A stretch of DNA of 64,000 bases from Dimorphilus gyrociliatus. Taxonomy: Eukaryota > Animalia > Annelida. This document shows positions 33,631 through 46,107 of the stretch, piece by piece (position 1 is the stretch's first letter; each line of letters begins with the position of its first letter). Position numbers and translations under genes: made by a program. The DNA lies in NCBI GenBank assembly GCA_904063045.1, contig CAJFCJ010000007.1, positions 3,913,404 to 3,977,403 of the forward strand, in the 5' to 3' direction. Below the pieces are notes generated by a model. It saw nothing but the letters and a program-made list of their open reading frames with translations, was not told the origin of the DNA and ran no database searches.

Positions 33631-33798
33631 GTTTCATGAAAAGGGAAATATTATATGAGAATACAAGAATAGCATAGATATAAATGAAATATACTACAGA
33701 AACGTTACGCTAAGATATTTAAAAACTGATTACGAGTTGAAAAAGCATTTCATATATATAAATTTATTTTGTGAAGAGAATTTCGAATATTTTTGGAA

Positions 33799-34962
33799 AT
33801 GTCTGTTAGACAGAAAAAATACACCGTTCTTAAAGTTGTAGACAAAGCACCGTCAAAGTATAATGGCAAATGGTTTCCGAGTAATGCTGACGAGCAGAAG
33901 GAAATGTTCTTCGAAAGCGGAGAATTAACAACTCTAGTAACTGAAAAAGGCTCTGCCTTGTCTAAAACGAAAAAGAAACAAAGAGTAATTAGAAGGGAAT
34001 TTTTCTTTGAAGCTTTAAGAATTTTAGAAAAATGTCGAGATACTTTTGGAGATGCTATTAATTTTTTTAACTACGCATATGGTAAGTGTTTAGATTCCGA
34101 GACCAGCTCTCAAAAGTGGATGGAATATTTAGATGATTGTGGATTAACTGGAGAGATTTTAGTGTATTTATCTCCTAAATTAGTTTGTTCCTCAAAAATT
34201 GTCTATACTTCTGGTTCAAACAAATTGGATAATAGAAAGTTCACTTTATTAATTAATAGTAAAAACCATTATTTACGAGAAAGAGGAGTTGGTTGCCTGG
34301 CGGATCACGAAATCGCAACTCACTACATTCGAGCATACAATGACGGATATCAGCCTTGGTTTAACGATAGAAAGAAATTTGGTTTGAAAACCAGAGAGAC
34401 TAGGGAATGGTCATCAACCGAAGAGGGCTTAGCTTCCTTAAACACGACTTTAAATGCCAAAAGTAAATTACTATGGCAACCTGCAATATTATACTATGTT
34501 GCATGTTTGTCTGAAACAATGACCTTCAAGGAGTTGTTCGATCACCTAGGTCGCTATTTAAGCTGTAAGGACACTCGATGGCGATATGTATTGAGAGTCA
34601 AACGCTTATTGCCAGATCCTAATGCTGCCGGTGGCCATGGAGGGGACCAAGTTTACTTCGAAGGTGCTATAACAATACTCAAAAATTTGGACTCAATCGA
34701 TTTCAACGTCCTGTACTCAGGAAAAGTTGTACTAAGTGATTTAAATCGTGTAAAGCGATTAGCTAGGATGAATTGTTTACGTCTTCCTCGATTTATGAAA
34801 AATGTGGCAAAGTACAAAAGAAGCTTACATAGAATAGCAAGAGTAAATGAAATATCAACAAATGTTGAACCAACAACTTCATGTTCTTCCCCGGATAGGA
34901 AATTATATAGAGAGAAATGCAGACCTAACACAATATCAAACATTCAATCATCCAAAGCGTAA
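33799..34962 (+). CDS. MATCAP: Microtubule-associated tyrosine carboxypeptidase (MATCAP/KIAA0895 family), single exon
   Basis: LADHEIATHYIR (HExxH gluzincin motif), TEEGLASL, LWQPAILYY, RWRYVLRVKR, DQVYFEG. The first ATG is at 33799 (the track starts at a TTG). Confidence 0.9.
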   Translation: MSVRQKKYTVLKVVDKAPSKYNGKWFPSNADEQKEMFFESGELTTLVTEKGSALSKTKKKQRVIRREFFFEALRILEKCRDTFGDAINFFNYAYGKCLDSETSSQKWMEYLDDCGLTGEILVYLSPKLVCSSKIVYTSGSNKLDNRKFTLLINSKNHYLRERGVGCLADHEIATHYIRAYNDGYQPWFNDRKKFGLKTRETREWSSTEEGLASLNTTLNAKSKLLWQPAILYYVACLSETMTFKELFDHLGRYLSCKDTRWRYVLRVKRLLPDPNAAGGHGGDQVYFEGAITILKNLDSIDFNVLYSGKVVLSDLNRVKRLARMNCLRLPRFMKNVAKYKRSLHRIARVNEISTNVEPTTSCSSPDRKLYREKCRPNTISNIQSSKA

Positions 34963-36582
34963 TTTTCAGGATCTGCCTTTTCACCTTCAATTATGCTATC
35001 ATAAAAAAAATCTTCCCTAACAGTCATTGCATATGAAGATGTTGTTCCACCGAATGCTCCCGTAATTGCAGTAGTTGTTTTTGTTGATTTTTTCCACTCG
35101 TCAATGGTTGAAACATGTATTACATTATACAACGTGCTTGTTGACAATATACCACCGTGTCTTTCAACAAGTGATTTAATTTTACTCTGCGTTGCTATCA
35201 TTCTTCCCGACAATTTAAAATGTTGTCCACTAAGAATTCTTTAGAAAAATAATTAATTTTAGAATGAAATATGAACAATTCTAATACTAACTTTGATGCT
35301 TTCATTTTATCTGCTTCTTCGAATAGTTCTTTTAATTTACGTCCTCCGGGAAATGGTTTCCTTTTTTCTTTCGGTTTTATATAACGGAATTCTCCGGCTA
35401 CTTGTTTATAATGTACGATATATTGTGGAAGGATATGATCAGAGTGAAAAATGACTATTTCCTTCTTACACGGCGAAGTATGAGAATCATAATTATCTTC
35501 ACACGGTCTACCTTGAATAAGGCCTTGACACTTAAAAATTTTTCCTTGAATTACTTGGCTCAGTAATAATTTTGAACCACCTCGAATATAGCTCATCGCG
35601 TAAGAGGGGTATTCGCTAAAGTAAACACCCGCTCCGTAATACCCTGTATCAGTCTTATGTTTAAATCCCTTATCACCTGGTACTTTAAATCCATTTTCAC
35701 AAATCGGTGTAATATTGTTTTGATCGGTTCCATGAAAAGCCAAAATCGGATAAGAGTATTCTTCACCCCTTTTGTTTTTAACTTCCTCTTGAGCTTCTTT
35801 AAAGTTGGCCACCAGTACAGGATTTATCACATATTCAACTTTGGTTATACGAAAATTATTGCCTCCCAAAAGTCGGTAGAATTGGGATTCTGCTAAACGG
35901 AAATGAAGTTGGTCGGCAGAACCTTCTTTATATGAACGTTCAGCAAATAACGGAAAGTATTTAGTTTCATTCCCCTCAAGAGCCTCCTTTTCGCCATCTA
36001 CAAGTAAAACACCCCTATTAACTTCTTCTTGGAGTTTTTCCATCTCCTTTTCTTTTTCTTCTATGATATTTCGCGATTTTTCAAGTTCTTTTTGCAGTCT
36101 TTTCTTTTCAGCGAAGGCATCCTCCACTAACTTTCTACGCTCAGAATCCGTCATATTTGAGAAACTTTTCTTCAGTAGAATTTCATCTGTCTACAAAACA
36201 ATTCTATATAAATATATTCATTCAAAAGAAAAAACAAAAAATAGCTAACTCGTGGAACACTGGAATCACTGTCACTGTCGTAGTCTTCTGTATCGCTATC
36301 ATTTTTAATGGGTGCACTACCAAACGGATGAGAATATTCGGCAAAGTGCAATAAGTTTGTCCTGTAACAATTCGATCCATATTTACAAGGTGGCAGTTTG
36401 CTTGTATCAACAGCTGTAGTAGAGTCCGGCTTTGAAGTCGAATTAGCTAGTTTATCCTTTTTATGAATGTACTGCTTAAAATGTTCTGGATTTTTCCGAT
36501 AACATTTAGCCCCATATGGACATGTTGGTAAGGAATCTTCGTCGGAGCTGTCTAATTTCTGTTTCTTTGCCGAAGTGGCCAT
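34944..36582 (-). CDS. Protein with 2 PBZ fingers, coiled coil, PARP-like ADP-ribosyltransferase domain and C-terminal BRCT; 3 exons (about 36582-36250, 36190-35295, about 35240-34944)
   Basis: PBZ: CPYGAKCYRKNPEHFKQYIH and CKYGSNCYRTNLLHFAEYSH. ART: FHGT...GYYGAGVYFS...SYAMSY...KKEIVIF...ILPQYIVHY. BRCT-like: ILSGQHFKLSG...IKSLVERHGG...VREDFFYDSI. Both introns are GT-AG and join in frame. Confidence 0.85.
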
Positions 36583-37095
36583 TACATGACAAGATATGTT
36601 TTAACAAGAAAATTAACAAAAGAGTGAAATAAAGAATGTGGTGTCAGTGAATGTCAGTAAATGAGTAACAACTAGTCTGATAAAATTTTACTTATATAAC
36701 TCAGTTATACCAAGTTCATACACGCCTATTTAAAAGGGGAAAACATTAAGCTGGGAAATTAGTTCCTGTAAACTGGTGGAATTCCCTACCGTTTTTCTAT
36801 GTGAATTTGAGCCTTTAAAGGAAAAAATCGGTGCTTTCGTTCCCTTTTTAACGGACTATTTTACATTTCCATATATATTCTGGCTTAGATGTGAGTTTTT
36901 AATTTAAAAATTTATATTCTATATTTAGTACAGAAGAAAAATTGAAAAACGTCTATGTTGAGCGATAAAATAGAAAATTATCCGAGCTAACGTTTACATT
37001 AAGCATGCTTCAATCAATATAGCATCCGTTATGAAGTTGTATAATAGTAACTTCGAATTTTCATTCAGACATCATCCATAATATCTTTGTGTCCA

Positions 37096-37777
37096 ATGTC
37101 CTCGAATGTTGGGAAAAAATTTGTAACTGAAGATGAGATCGAGGAGAAGCGCCACAGAAGACAACAGGAATGGGAAAAAGTTCGTGGAGCAAATGACCCC
37201 TTAGAAGCTCCGGAAGAGGATCGACCCTTATTTGATCGTCTTTCAGAGCAACGCCAAAAGCAAAAAGAGAGTTGGGAAGAAGAACAACGAGAAAAGAATC
37301 GTGTTAAAGGGCTCGATGAAGATGAAGTTCGGTTCCTGGAGCAAGTAGATGATCAAAAAGATGAAATAGAAAAAAAAAGGAATCAAGAGTTTTCCAGCAT
37401 AATGCAAGAAATCGATGTAAGAGAAAATTTAAATCATTTGCCAGTTGTAATAATCTCCTGAATACCTTTCATAGGATTACGTTGTAGTTAAACCTTTAGG
37501 CGAAACTATTGTGAAAAAAAGCCTTCCTAAAGCTGCTCCAGTCAAGAGCCAAGCTTCACTGCTGGCTGGAGCTATCCGAAGAAAAAGAGAGTCAGATTCA
37601 AAGGAAGTTTTTGTTGCCCCAAAGCAGTTGAAAACTGAAGTATCAGCCTTGCAACCAGTTGGAATTTTACCCGGTTTAGGACCTTACTCCAGTTCAGACA
37701 CTAGTGACTCTGATTCTGAGCCAGAGCTTTGTCCATTGTTAACTTCAGGAAAAACAATTACTGATTCAGATAGTTAA
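37096..37777 (+). CDS. PSME3IP1: PSME3-interacting protein 1 (FAM192A/NIP30), 2 exons
   Basis: KKFVTEDEIEEKRHRRQQEWEKVR, RPLFDRLSEQR, KGLDEDEVRFL, SQASLLAGAIRRK, GILPGLGPYSSSDTSDS. Confidence 0.9.
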
Positions 37778-37915
37778 ATCATACGATTTCGTGTATTCAA
37801 CCTCGCACGCATGTTTTAAACAATAGAAATTAACTATATTCTTTTACGAAACGCTAGAGAAACGTCAAATGTTACACACCACCGACCGATAAGCGCGCTA
37901 AAATGGATTGTTACT

Positions 37916-39786
37916 TTAAGGTTGGTAACCGGCGACAAAGGTAGATGTAATTTCCTTAAGTTTCGCATCTACATCATCAGAAATTTGTCCTGCTTCACGG
38001 ATATTATCTAGCAAGCCCTGGTGAGATGCCTTCAAATGTTCAGTGAAGGCCGCCTCGAACTTGGTGATTTGGCTAGGGTCCATTTTATCCAAGTGACCTA
38101 ACATATTAAGTTCATGAGAACAAAACTTTCAATTATTTTCTTTAAACCTACCTCTTACTCCCGAATAGATAATAGCGATTTGATCTTCAACGGCCATTGG
38201 AACATATTGTCCTTGTTTCAATAATTCCGTCAAACGTACTCCTCTATTTAAGAGTTGCTGAGTAGCAGCATCCAAATCACTACCGAATTGGGCGAAAGCA
38301 GCTACTTCTCTGTATTGGGCCAATTCCAATTTCATTGAGCCAGCAACTTGTTTCATTCCCTTGATTTGAGCAGCAGATCCTACTCTGCTTACAGACAAAC
38401 CTACGTTGATGGCTGGTCTGATACCTTTGTGAAACAATTCAGTTTCCAAGAAAATTTGCCCATCAGTAATCGAAATAACGTTGGTCGGAATATATGCGGA
38501 CAAATCTCCGGCTTGGGTTTCGATTATGGGAAGAGCAGTCAGGGAACCACCGCCCAAAGTATCGTTCATCTTGGCTGCTCTTTCCAAAAGACGCGAATGC
38601 AAATAGAAAACATCTCCTGGGTAGGCCTCACGTCCAGGGGGACGACGCAGAAGCAAAGACATTTGACGATAAGCAACGGCTTGTTTCGATAAATCGTCAT
38701 AGATGATTAGAGCGTGTTTACCGTTATCACGGAAGAATTCGGCCATAGTGCAACCAGAATAAGGTGCCAAGTACTGCAGAGGAGCGGCATCGGAAGCAGT
38801 AGCGCTTACAATGATTGTGTATTTCATGGCATCAGCATCAGTAAGACGTTTTACGATCTGAGCTACAGTTGACCTCTTCTGACCGATAGCGACGTAGACA
38901 CAGTACAATTTTTCCTTTTCGCTCTTGCCCTCGTTGAATCTTTTTTGGTTGATAATAGTATCGATAGCAACTGCAGTTTTACCAGTTTGACGATCACCGA
39001 TGATCAACTCTCTTTGACCTCTACCGATTGGTACCAAAGAATCTACAGCCTTTAATCCAGTTTGCATGGGTTCTTTTACAGACATACGGGGGATGATACC
39101 TGGAGCCTTAACACCAACTCTCATTCTTTCGGTTGCGGTGATGGCACCTTTTCCATCGATGGGGTTTCCTAAAGCGTCGACAACTCTTCCCAAAATGTTT
39201 TCACCTACTGGAACATCTACAATAGCTCCAGTTCTCTTTACAATGTCTCCTTCCTTGATCAATTTGTCATTTCCGAAAACTACGATACCAACATTATCAG
39301 GTTCCAAGTTCAAAGCCATACCCTGTAACCTTTACACGTTTATTTGACATTACGACAGAAAAGTACAAGTCAAACCTTCAATCCAGATGAGAATTCTACC
39401 ATCTCTTCTGCTTGTATATTCTTTAGACCGTATACTCTGGCGATACCATCACCAATGGACAATACCCTTCCAGTTTCTTCTAGGTCAGCTTTGCTGGTTT
39501 GTCCCATGATGCGCTCCTCCAAGATGGTTGAAATTTCAGCGGAGGCGCCAAAGACTTTTGTTGTCGAGAGTTTACGGCTTGCAATGAAGCTTGCTCCGAC
39601 TGCCCTTTTGGGAACCTTCATAAAAGAAAGACTTGTTACACGAGGAATAATGCCGAAACAGACAATAAAACTATTTGTTTTGCTCTTCTAAGTTGCATAA
39701 AGTTCGTGTGTAATTAGTTAACTAACCTGTCCCAAGATTCGTGGCAATTGTCTAGCTAGAGATACGGAAATTCTCGACGAACTCAT
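37916..39786 (-). CDS. ATP5F1A: Mitochondrial ATP synthase subunit alpha; exon 1 39786-39727 encodes a presequence
   Basis: [20 protein letters not shown] presequence, [52 protein letters not shown]. Confidence 0.98.
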
Positions 39787-40314
39787 AACGATCGGTCACT
39801 CGAGTCCTCCAAAAACAAAATGGCCGTCGCCGACGATAAAAACGGAAGAAGAAGTAACGCAGCAAACGACCTTTAAGGACACTGTGAAATATACAAAAAA
39901 CTGGTTTGTGGTCGAAAACTCTTAGGAAACCACTTTAACAATTTCTTTTTCACAATATCTAAAAAAACTACTTGTTGTATCATCTTACGTTTGTTTTTTT
40001 AATAATATAATAATACAAAAATGAAATATTAACAAAGTAAAGCTATCTCTAATATTACATACAGTATTGCTGTGTAAATAAATACTTTTTTCATAGTTTT
40101 AATCTTTTACATTTGGCGCTAAACTTCACCATTTATAAAATTTTGTCTTGCATGATTACTTTGCAGATACTTTTTAAATAAAAGAAATAGAAATGTTAAT
40201 TCTTGTTTTTTGCTTCATCTAATTCATAGTATTCTATATTGTAATATATTATTAATTTTTTATATAATTAGTTAGTAATTTTTGTTCATGTTTTTAATAC
40301 CGGAAGTTTTCACT

Positions 40315-40327
40315 GTTTCTTAGCAAC
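40315..40327. promoter_or_regulatory. X-box-like motif GTTTCTTAGCAAC upstream of ANKMY1; ETS core CCGGAAGT at 40300-40307
   Basis: Fits GTNRCC-N(0-3)-RGYAAC with a common variant 5' half, about 100 bp before the ATG. Confidence 0.45.
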
Positions 40328-40428
40328 GAGCTGCTCGTTCAAGCAGACTTGTAAATATACCTTTCGAAACGATTCTGCCAAATTTTATTTTATTGTAAAG
40401 GAGCCTATTAAAAAAATTATGAATTGAT

Positions 40429-43400
40429 ATGACCGAACGTAAACTTTCTTATCAAACTAGTGCATTGCCAAACTTATCTACCGCAAGTGAAACCAGAATC
40501 GAAATTCGAAAGGATTATGAATCAGGAGCCTACTTCAAAGGTAAGAATTCTTCTTAAAGCTTGGCGACTTTTTTCAATAAATTCGATTTTAGGTGAAATA
40601 AAAAATGATTTAAAATGCGGTAGAGGAACTTTTGTTTGGCCAAATGGTATTCAGTATGAGGGCGAATTTAAAGATAACGTTCGGTGTGGATTAGGGAGAC
40701 AACTATGGCCTGATGGAAGTGTCTACAATGGAGAATTTGTTGCCGATTCCCGTCAGGGCCAGGGTCTTCAACAATGGTCAAATGGTGAGAGTTACGAAGG
40801 AAGCTTCTATAGAGACAAAAGACACGGATGGGGCCGATATACTTGGCCTGATGGTTCTAGCTATACAGGTCTATTTTTTATGAACAACAGAGAAGGTTAT
40901 GGGTCTTTTGTCAGTCAAGGAGAAGCTAAATTCGACGTAAGATTGTTTTTATTGTTATTTTTTTCCAAACACTTCTATTCGATAAATTGTAGGGTCTATA
41001 CAAAAATGACGAAAGATTCGGACCTGGTGTTCAAACTTACATAAATGGAGAGCAGGATGTTGGATTATGGGAGAGAGAGCGTTTAGTAAAAATTTTATCA
41101 AGCATTGAAGGTTCCTTTTCAATTAGAGACCATAAAGAATTCGATTACATCGCAGAAGACCATTTTACATTTATTGATGATATATGTAATGTAGGAGAAC
41201 TCGAGAGAGAACCCAGGACTTTGGCTTTAAAATGTCCTATCTCTGATACTAGAGTGCCAAATATTGATGATTTTGAAATAGAGTATTCCCAAAGTGCATT
41301 AAGAAATACTCAAACACCTTTTGAGGAGCAAAAACGACAAATCAGTGCCAAAAGTTTGCATTTAGATGCTCAACCAAGCTCAGACAGTATTAAAACAGAA
41401 GAAACTAGTGCCAAGGCTGATTGTTTAGAATCGGAAATCTCTAATGTTTCATTAAAATCTTCTAGTGTAAAAAAGTCACGAAGTTCATCAAGAAAGAGTA
41501 AATCTCCTGAAAAGAAATCGAGAATTTCTACTAGAGAAACTAGAGAAAGGAAAAGGGATATGAATAGAATAGTGGCTTGGAACAGAACAACTTCGCTTGT
41601 TAACATGCAAAAGCATATAATAAGGCATAAACCTTATCAACATAATGCCTCTTTTGATATGAATAAATTATTAACTTTCAAGAGAGATGGATATGGTTCA
41701 CCAGGTTCTATCGAGAAAGCTTCTGAGAGTTTTATTCTGGCTGCTAAGTCTGGTGACGAAACGACAGTAGATTTTCTTCTATCTTCAAAGAAAGTCCACC
41801 CTGACGTTGCGGATGTCTCTGGTTTTACCGCCTTGATAAGTGCAGCTATAAACTGGAGAACTGAAATAATTAATATCCTGTTAGATGCAGGAGCCAACGT
41901 TAACAAGGTAACGGACGAAGGAGTGTCAGCATTGGGTGCTTGTCATGTATTCTTTTATCCAAACGATACATTCAAGCCTAACATTGCCGAGAAAAGTTTA
42001 GCGGAGCTTCCTGAGGATTTTCCTAGAGAGCCTGGTTATGATCCTTATGAAGCTGTTAAAAATATTTTACATGCTCAACAAATGGAAAAGAGGAAAGAAT
42101 TATCTATTATGATTGAAAAATCAAACATAGAAACTATAACTCCTCTCCAAAGGAAGAGAATAGACAAGTTTCGTAAGGAATACGAAGACGTAAAATTCCC
42201 TGAGATTGAGAGTCCGCATCCTTCTCTAGTTCAACAAGTTGGAATCGATAGCAGCATATTAAATGTAAATAGAGCTGAGAAGGTAGACGTGGAAGAAATT
42301 TTAGCAATAACAGAAGATGATCTGGAAGCAATTGAATATGGTAGAAATAAATATGATAGTACAACTGACGATGTTGACAGAACCTCCGAAACTAAATCTC
42401 CTCAACCAATTGAAGAGTTCGAATCGGGAAATAGTATCGAAAATTTACAAATTGAAGTTACTGATGAAATGATAGATAAATATGCAAATGAATTGCATTC
42501 CAATTCAATGGTCGTTGACAGAAACAGGAGTGCAGCAAGTGGTAAAGAAAGCTTAGGTACAGTTCGAAGATTAGCTATTGAAAGAGCCGAGTAATTATTA
42601 ATTGTTTATTATTGTCATAATACAATGTAAGTAAACTTTACAATATGTCTTTTCTTTTAGGCAAGATATGATGGCGGAGACTATTCGGCTATTATTGAAA
42701 AGGGGAGCCGATCCTAACTCAAGTAATGTTCCAATGCCAGTTATATTCTTCGCTATCAAGGCTGCCGACGTTGAAGCTGTCAGATTATTATTATTATGTA
42801 AAGCTAGCACAAGCGAGAAATTACCGGACCAGAAAGGCGGTTTGGCACCCCTACACATAGCTTCAGCCTTACCTGGCGAAGAGGGAGAACTTATCACGGA
42901 ATTGTTATTAAACGCTCTTGCAGATCCAGATGCAAGGGCTGCAGAAGATGATTCATTCTTGAACACAACTTTGGAGGAAGAATGGATGAAAGATAGGATT
43001 AGTGAAGAGAGTCAGTCACGACTTGGAGGAAGAACTGCCCTACACATCGCTTGTGCACGGGAAGATAACTACAGAGTTTCTAGTAAAATCGTTCAGCTTC
43101 TTTTAGATCACCACGCTGATCCAAATCTATTAGTTAATGGCCATTCCCCATTAGCACTAGCCATTATTAGCGGTAATGATGGAGCTATACACGAATTACT
43201 TAAGAAAGGAGCGGACCCCAATCTTACTCTAACCCACGGTGTTGGGACTGCTTTATGCGTGGCCACAGTCACTGAGCATGAAAACAGAAGAACTCCCCGA
43301 GAGAGATTAAAGTTAATAGACAAATTGGTTTTATCTGGAGCAGATGTTTTAGCCCCAGTTCCTGTCGGACCGAAGAGATCGATGGGTACCGCAGTGGATT

Positions 43401-45508
43401 ATGCCTATTATAACTTCAACCTTGATAGAAGAATTGCTCATATGCCGTATCATGCTTTGAATCCGGCAGAAAGGTTAATTTATAATTCTAGAAGAGAACT
43501 TTTAGCTCACGTAGGATCAGTTTTACGACTTAAAGCCGTTGAAAGAGAGAAGAGGAAAATTGAAGAGGAACATAAATCAGGCGATACAAGTAGATATAAT
43601 TAATTATCTTTCCTGAAAAGAAAGATAGAGCTATATAGAGAGCTATATTCAATAACAATTTTTCTTTTAAAGGCTCAAGTCCTAGTCGGAATTTTGTATA
43701 TACAGCCTCGGGAAGACATCTCCCTCCAGGTATGAAAGGAAAGGGAGGACGATTGGTACCGGCTGGAGGCATTGACGGTGATCATATATCGAAAGAAAGG
43801 TAGGAAAATTATTAAAAACACATAGTAAATTATGCAAAAAAGTTAGACGACAATCCTAATGTATCGCAGAGACGGAATTATAGTAATAGACGCTACAGAC
43901 GGAACACCACTTAGTTCCGTTTTAGCTAGACACGATAGAAAGACCACAAAAATCAGGTGACAGAAACATAGTCTGATTGTTCTTTGTATTTTCTTCGTAT
44001 GCTTACTTGCTTTGATTATATCTTATCTGATAAAAAGCTAATATGATCAACTTGATGTACTTTTCGATACTTTTAAACTAAAATAATTAACAGTTTAACC
44101 ACTTTATTCGAATTCTTATTGTATCTTACTAATTTGTTCATGCTAACCAGCTAAAATTGGAAAATATTTGTGGTTTGCCTTCACTATCATTGTTTTCTGC
44201 GTCACACTTTTATTTTTAGCTATAGAGATAAGAAATTAATTTAGAAATTTCTTTTTGAAAACAAAAATAGGAAAGCTCTTTTTAAATACTGCTATGAATG
44301 TGGAAGATCTGTTGGTGTCAAATTAACTGCATGTACTCGATGCAAAGAAGTGTTCTACTGCTCAAAAGTCTGCAAAATGAAGGCATGGAATGCAAGGCAC
44401 AAGGAAGAATGCATACGTGTGGGTGGGGTATCGCAAAGCCCAACTAATATGGCTCGTAAAGGAAGAATTGATAGTCCTACCCCTGCAACTGATGCCAATA
44501 AGGGAAAAGTACCTTTAAAACAATTAATGGATCCTAGAGCTATAAGAAAAGAGCAAAAGGTAAATAATATAGTCTTAAAAGATTTGCTATATGATAAACT
44601 TAATACCCCACTATTTATAAACTATACAAATACTACATATACTGTATATATGAACCATAGCATTTGTATATCAGATAAAACTGATTTTCATCAGCTTTAT
44701 CGTGTTTTACCAGTTTCATCTTTTATTTTTCACTTTATTTTCTTTTTTTATATAAAAAAAACCATTCATCTATCAGAAACGTGAATCTATCATAACTTTC
44801 GAAGATGATAAATTGAAACAAGTGCGCAAAGCACCACCTGTCGGGTACGGCAGTTCAAATGACACACGTGTGAGTGGATGCGTTAAATAAACAATATAAA
44901 ACAAGCTAAAGTATCGTTTTACTAACACCAAAAAAAACAAAAAATAATAATAAAAAGCACCAAAATTAAACGGTTTTCCTCACTTGAAAATGAACACCTA
45001 TTTACAAATTGTTGCTTTTCATTTATCACATAAATTGTGTCAAGAGATAAGCTTCTCTATTCTGTATTTCTCACAAGTTTTTCTAAAACAGTAATTGATT
45101 ATCACATTGATTTATTAATAGAGTTGAGTAATTTTAACTTAAAAAAAAGCAATTATTAGTGGAAAGTTATTCATTTCTACTGTTTTGTTTTGTTTTTTTA
45201 TTTGATAAGAAAAAAGAATGAAATAACTCAACTTTGTTTTTGTTTTGTTTATTTTTTTCAGAAGTAGTTTTTATTAAATTATTCAAATATTCATCTTTTT
45301 TTTGGAATATTTTGAACAGATGAAAGAAGCTGCTGGTTTAACAAATCTTAAAAGGGGACTTCTGGAACAAGTTTTTGGGGAAAAAGCTGTTGCAAAAATG
45401 TTAAAGGGTTCTGGAAAGCATATCAATTTTGCCGACTTTCAAGGTGGCTTTGTACGTGATCCAGAAACTGGGAAAATGGTTTGGGTTGATAACTACAGTT
45501 GGGTGTAA
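40429..45508 (+). CDS. ANKMY1: Ankyrin repeat and MYND domain-containing protein 1 (N-terminal MORN repeats, ankyrin repeats, MYND finger)
   Basis: MORN repeats YEGEFKDNVRCGLGRQLWPDGSVYNGEF; ankyrin repeats GFTALISAA, GRTALHIAC, GHSPLALAI; MYND CYECGRSVGVKLTACTRCKEVFYCSKVCKMKAWNARHKEEC. The terminal exon 45320-45508 is inferred from phase. Confidence 0.9.
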
Positions 45509-46093
45509 AAAGTAACGATATCATATGTAATGCTAATGCTTAATACTTTTTGTGCCAATTTTTTGATATTTTCAATCAAGAAATGTATTTTTTTTGCCAA
45601 CTGTGATATTTCTAAAGATTATATTTTGGCCAAGACAATAAATAAAATATAAGATTTTTCTATTAGTTTACTTTAATTTAACTTTAAAATAAAAAAATAG
45701 AATAAGAAGAGCGATATTATAAGAAGTTTGAAAATTTTATTCTAATGTTCCTTACAAGTATTTTTTCAACTTGCAAAAATTACAACATCTACCGCCAAAG
45801 TTGCATATAAATTAAATATAATATTTTTAATGGAAAATTTTTTGATATTATTCAATAAATATGAGAGTTGTGCTGTTCTTTAATTTCTAAAAGCTGAGCG
45901 GTTTTGTTCCAAACTATTTAGTCACGTGATCAGTTAGATTATGGCTAAATGATAAAGAAATACAACGACAGTAAATACAAATAGTTAAAATGAAATAAAT
46001 AAAATATTTGGTTGGTTGAAATCGACTAAAGAAGTTATATGAACATTATATAACTGAAATAAGTACAACTATATTGTTTCTGTTGACACTTTT

Positions 46094-46107
46094 ATTGGCA
46101 AGGCAAC
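46094..46107. promoter_or_regulatory. X-box-like motif ATTGGCAAGGCAAC upstream of IFT80
   Basis: 11 of 14 positions match GTTGCCATGGCAAC; about 170 bp before the ATG. Confidence 0.45.
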
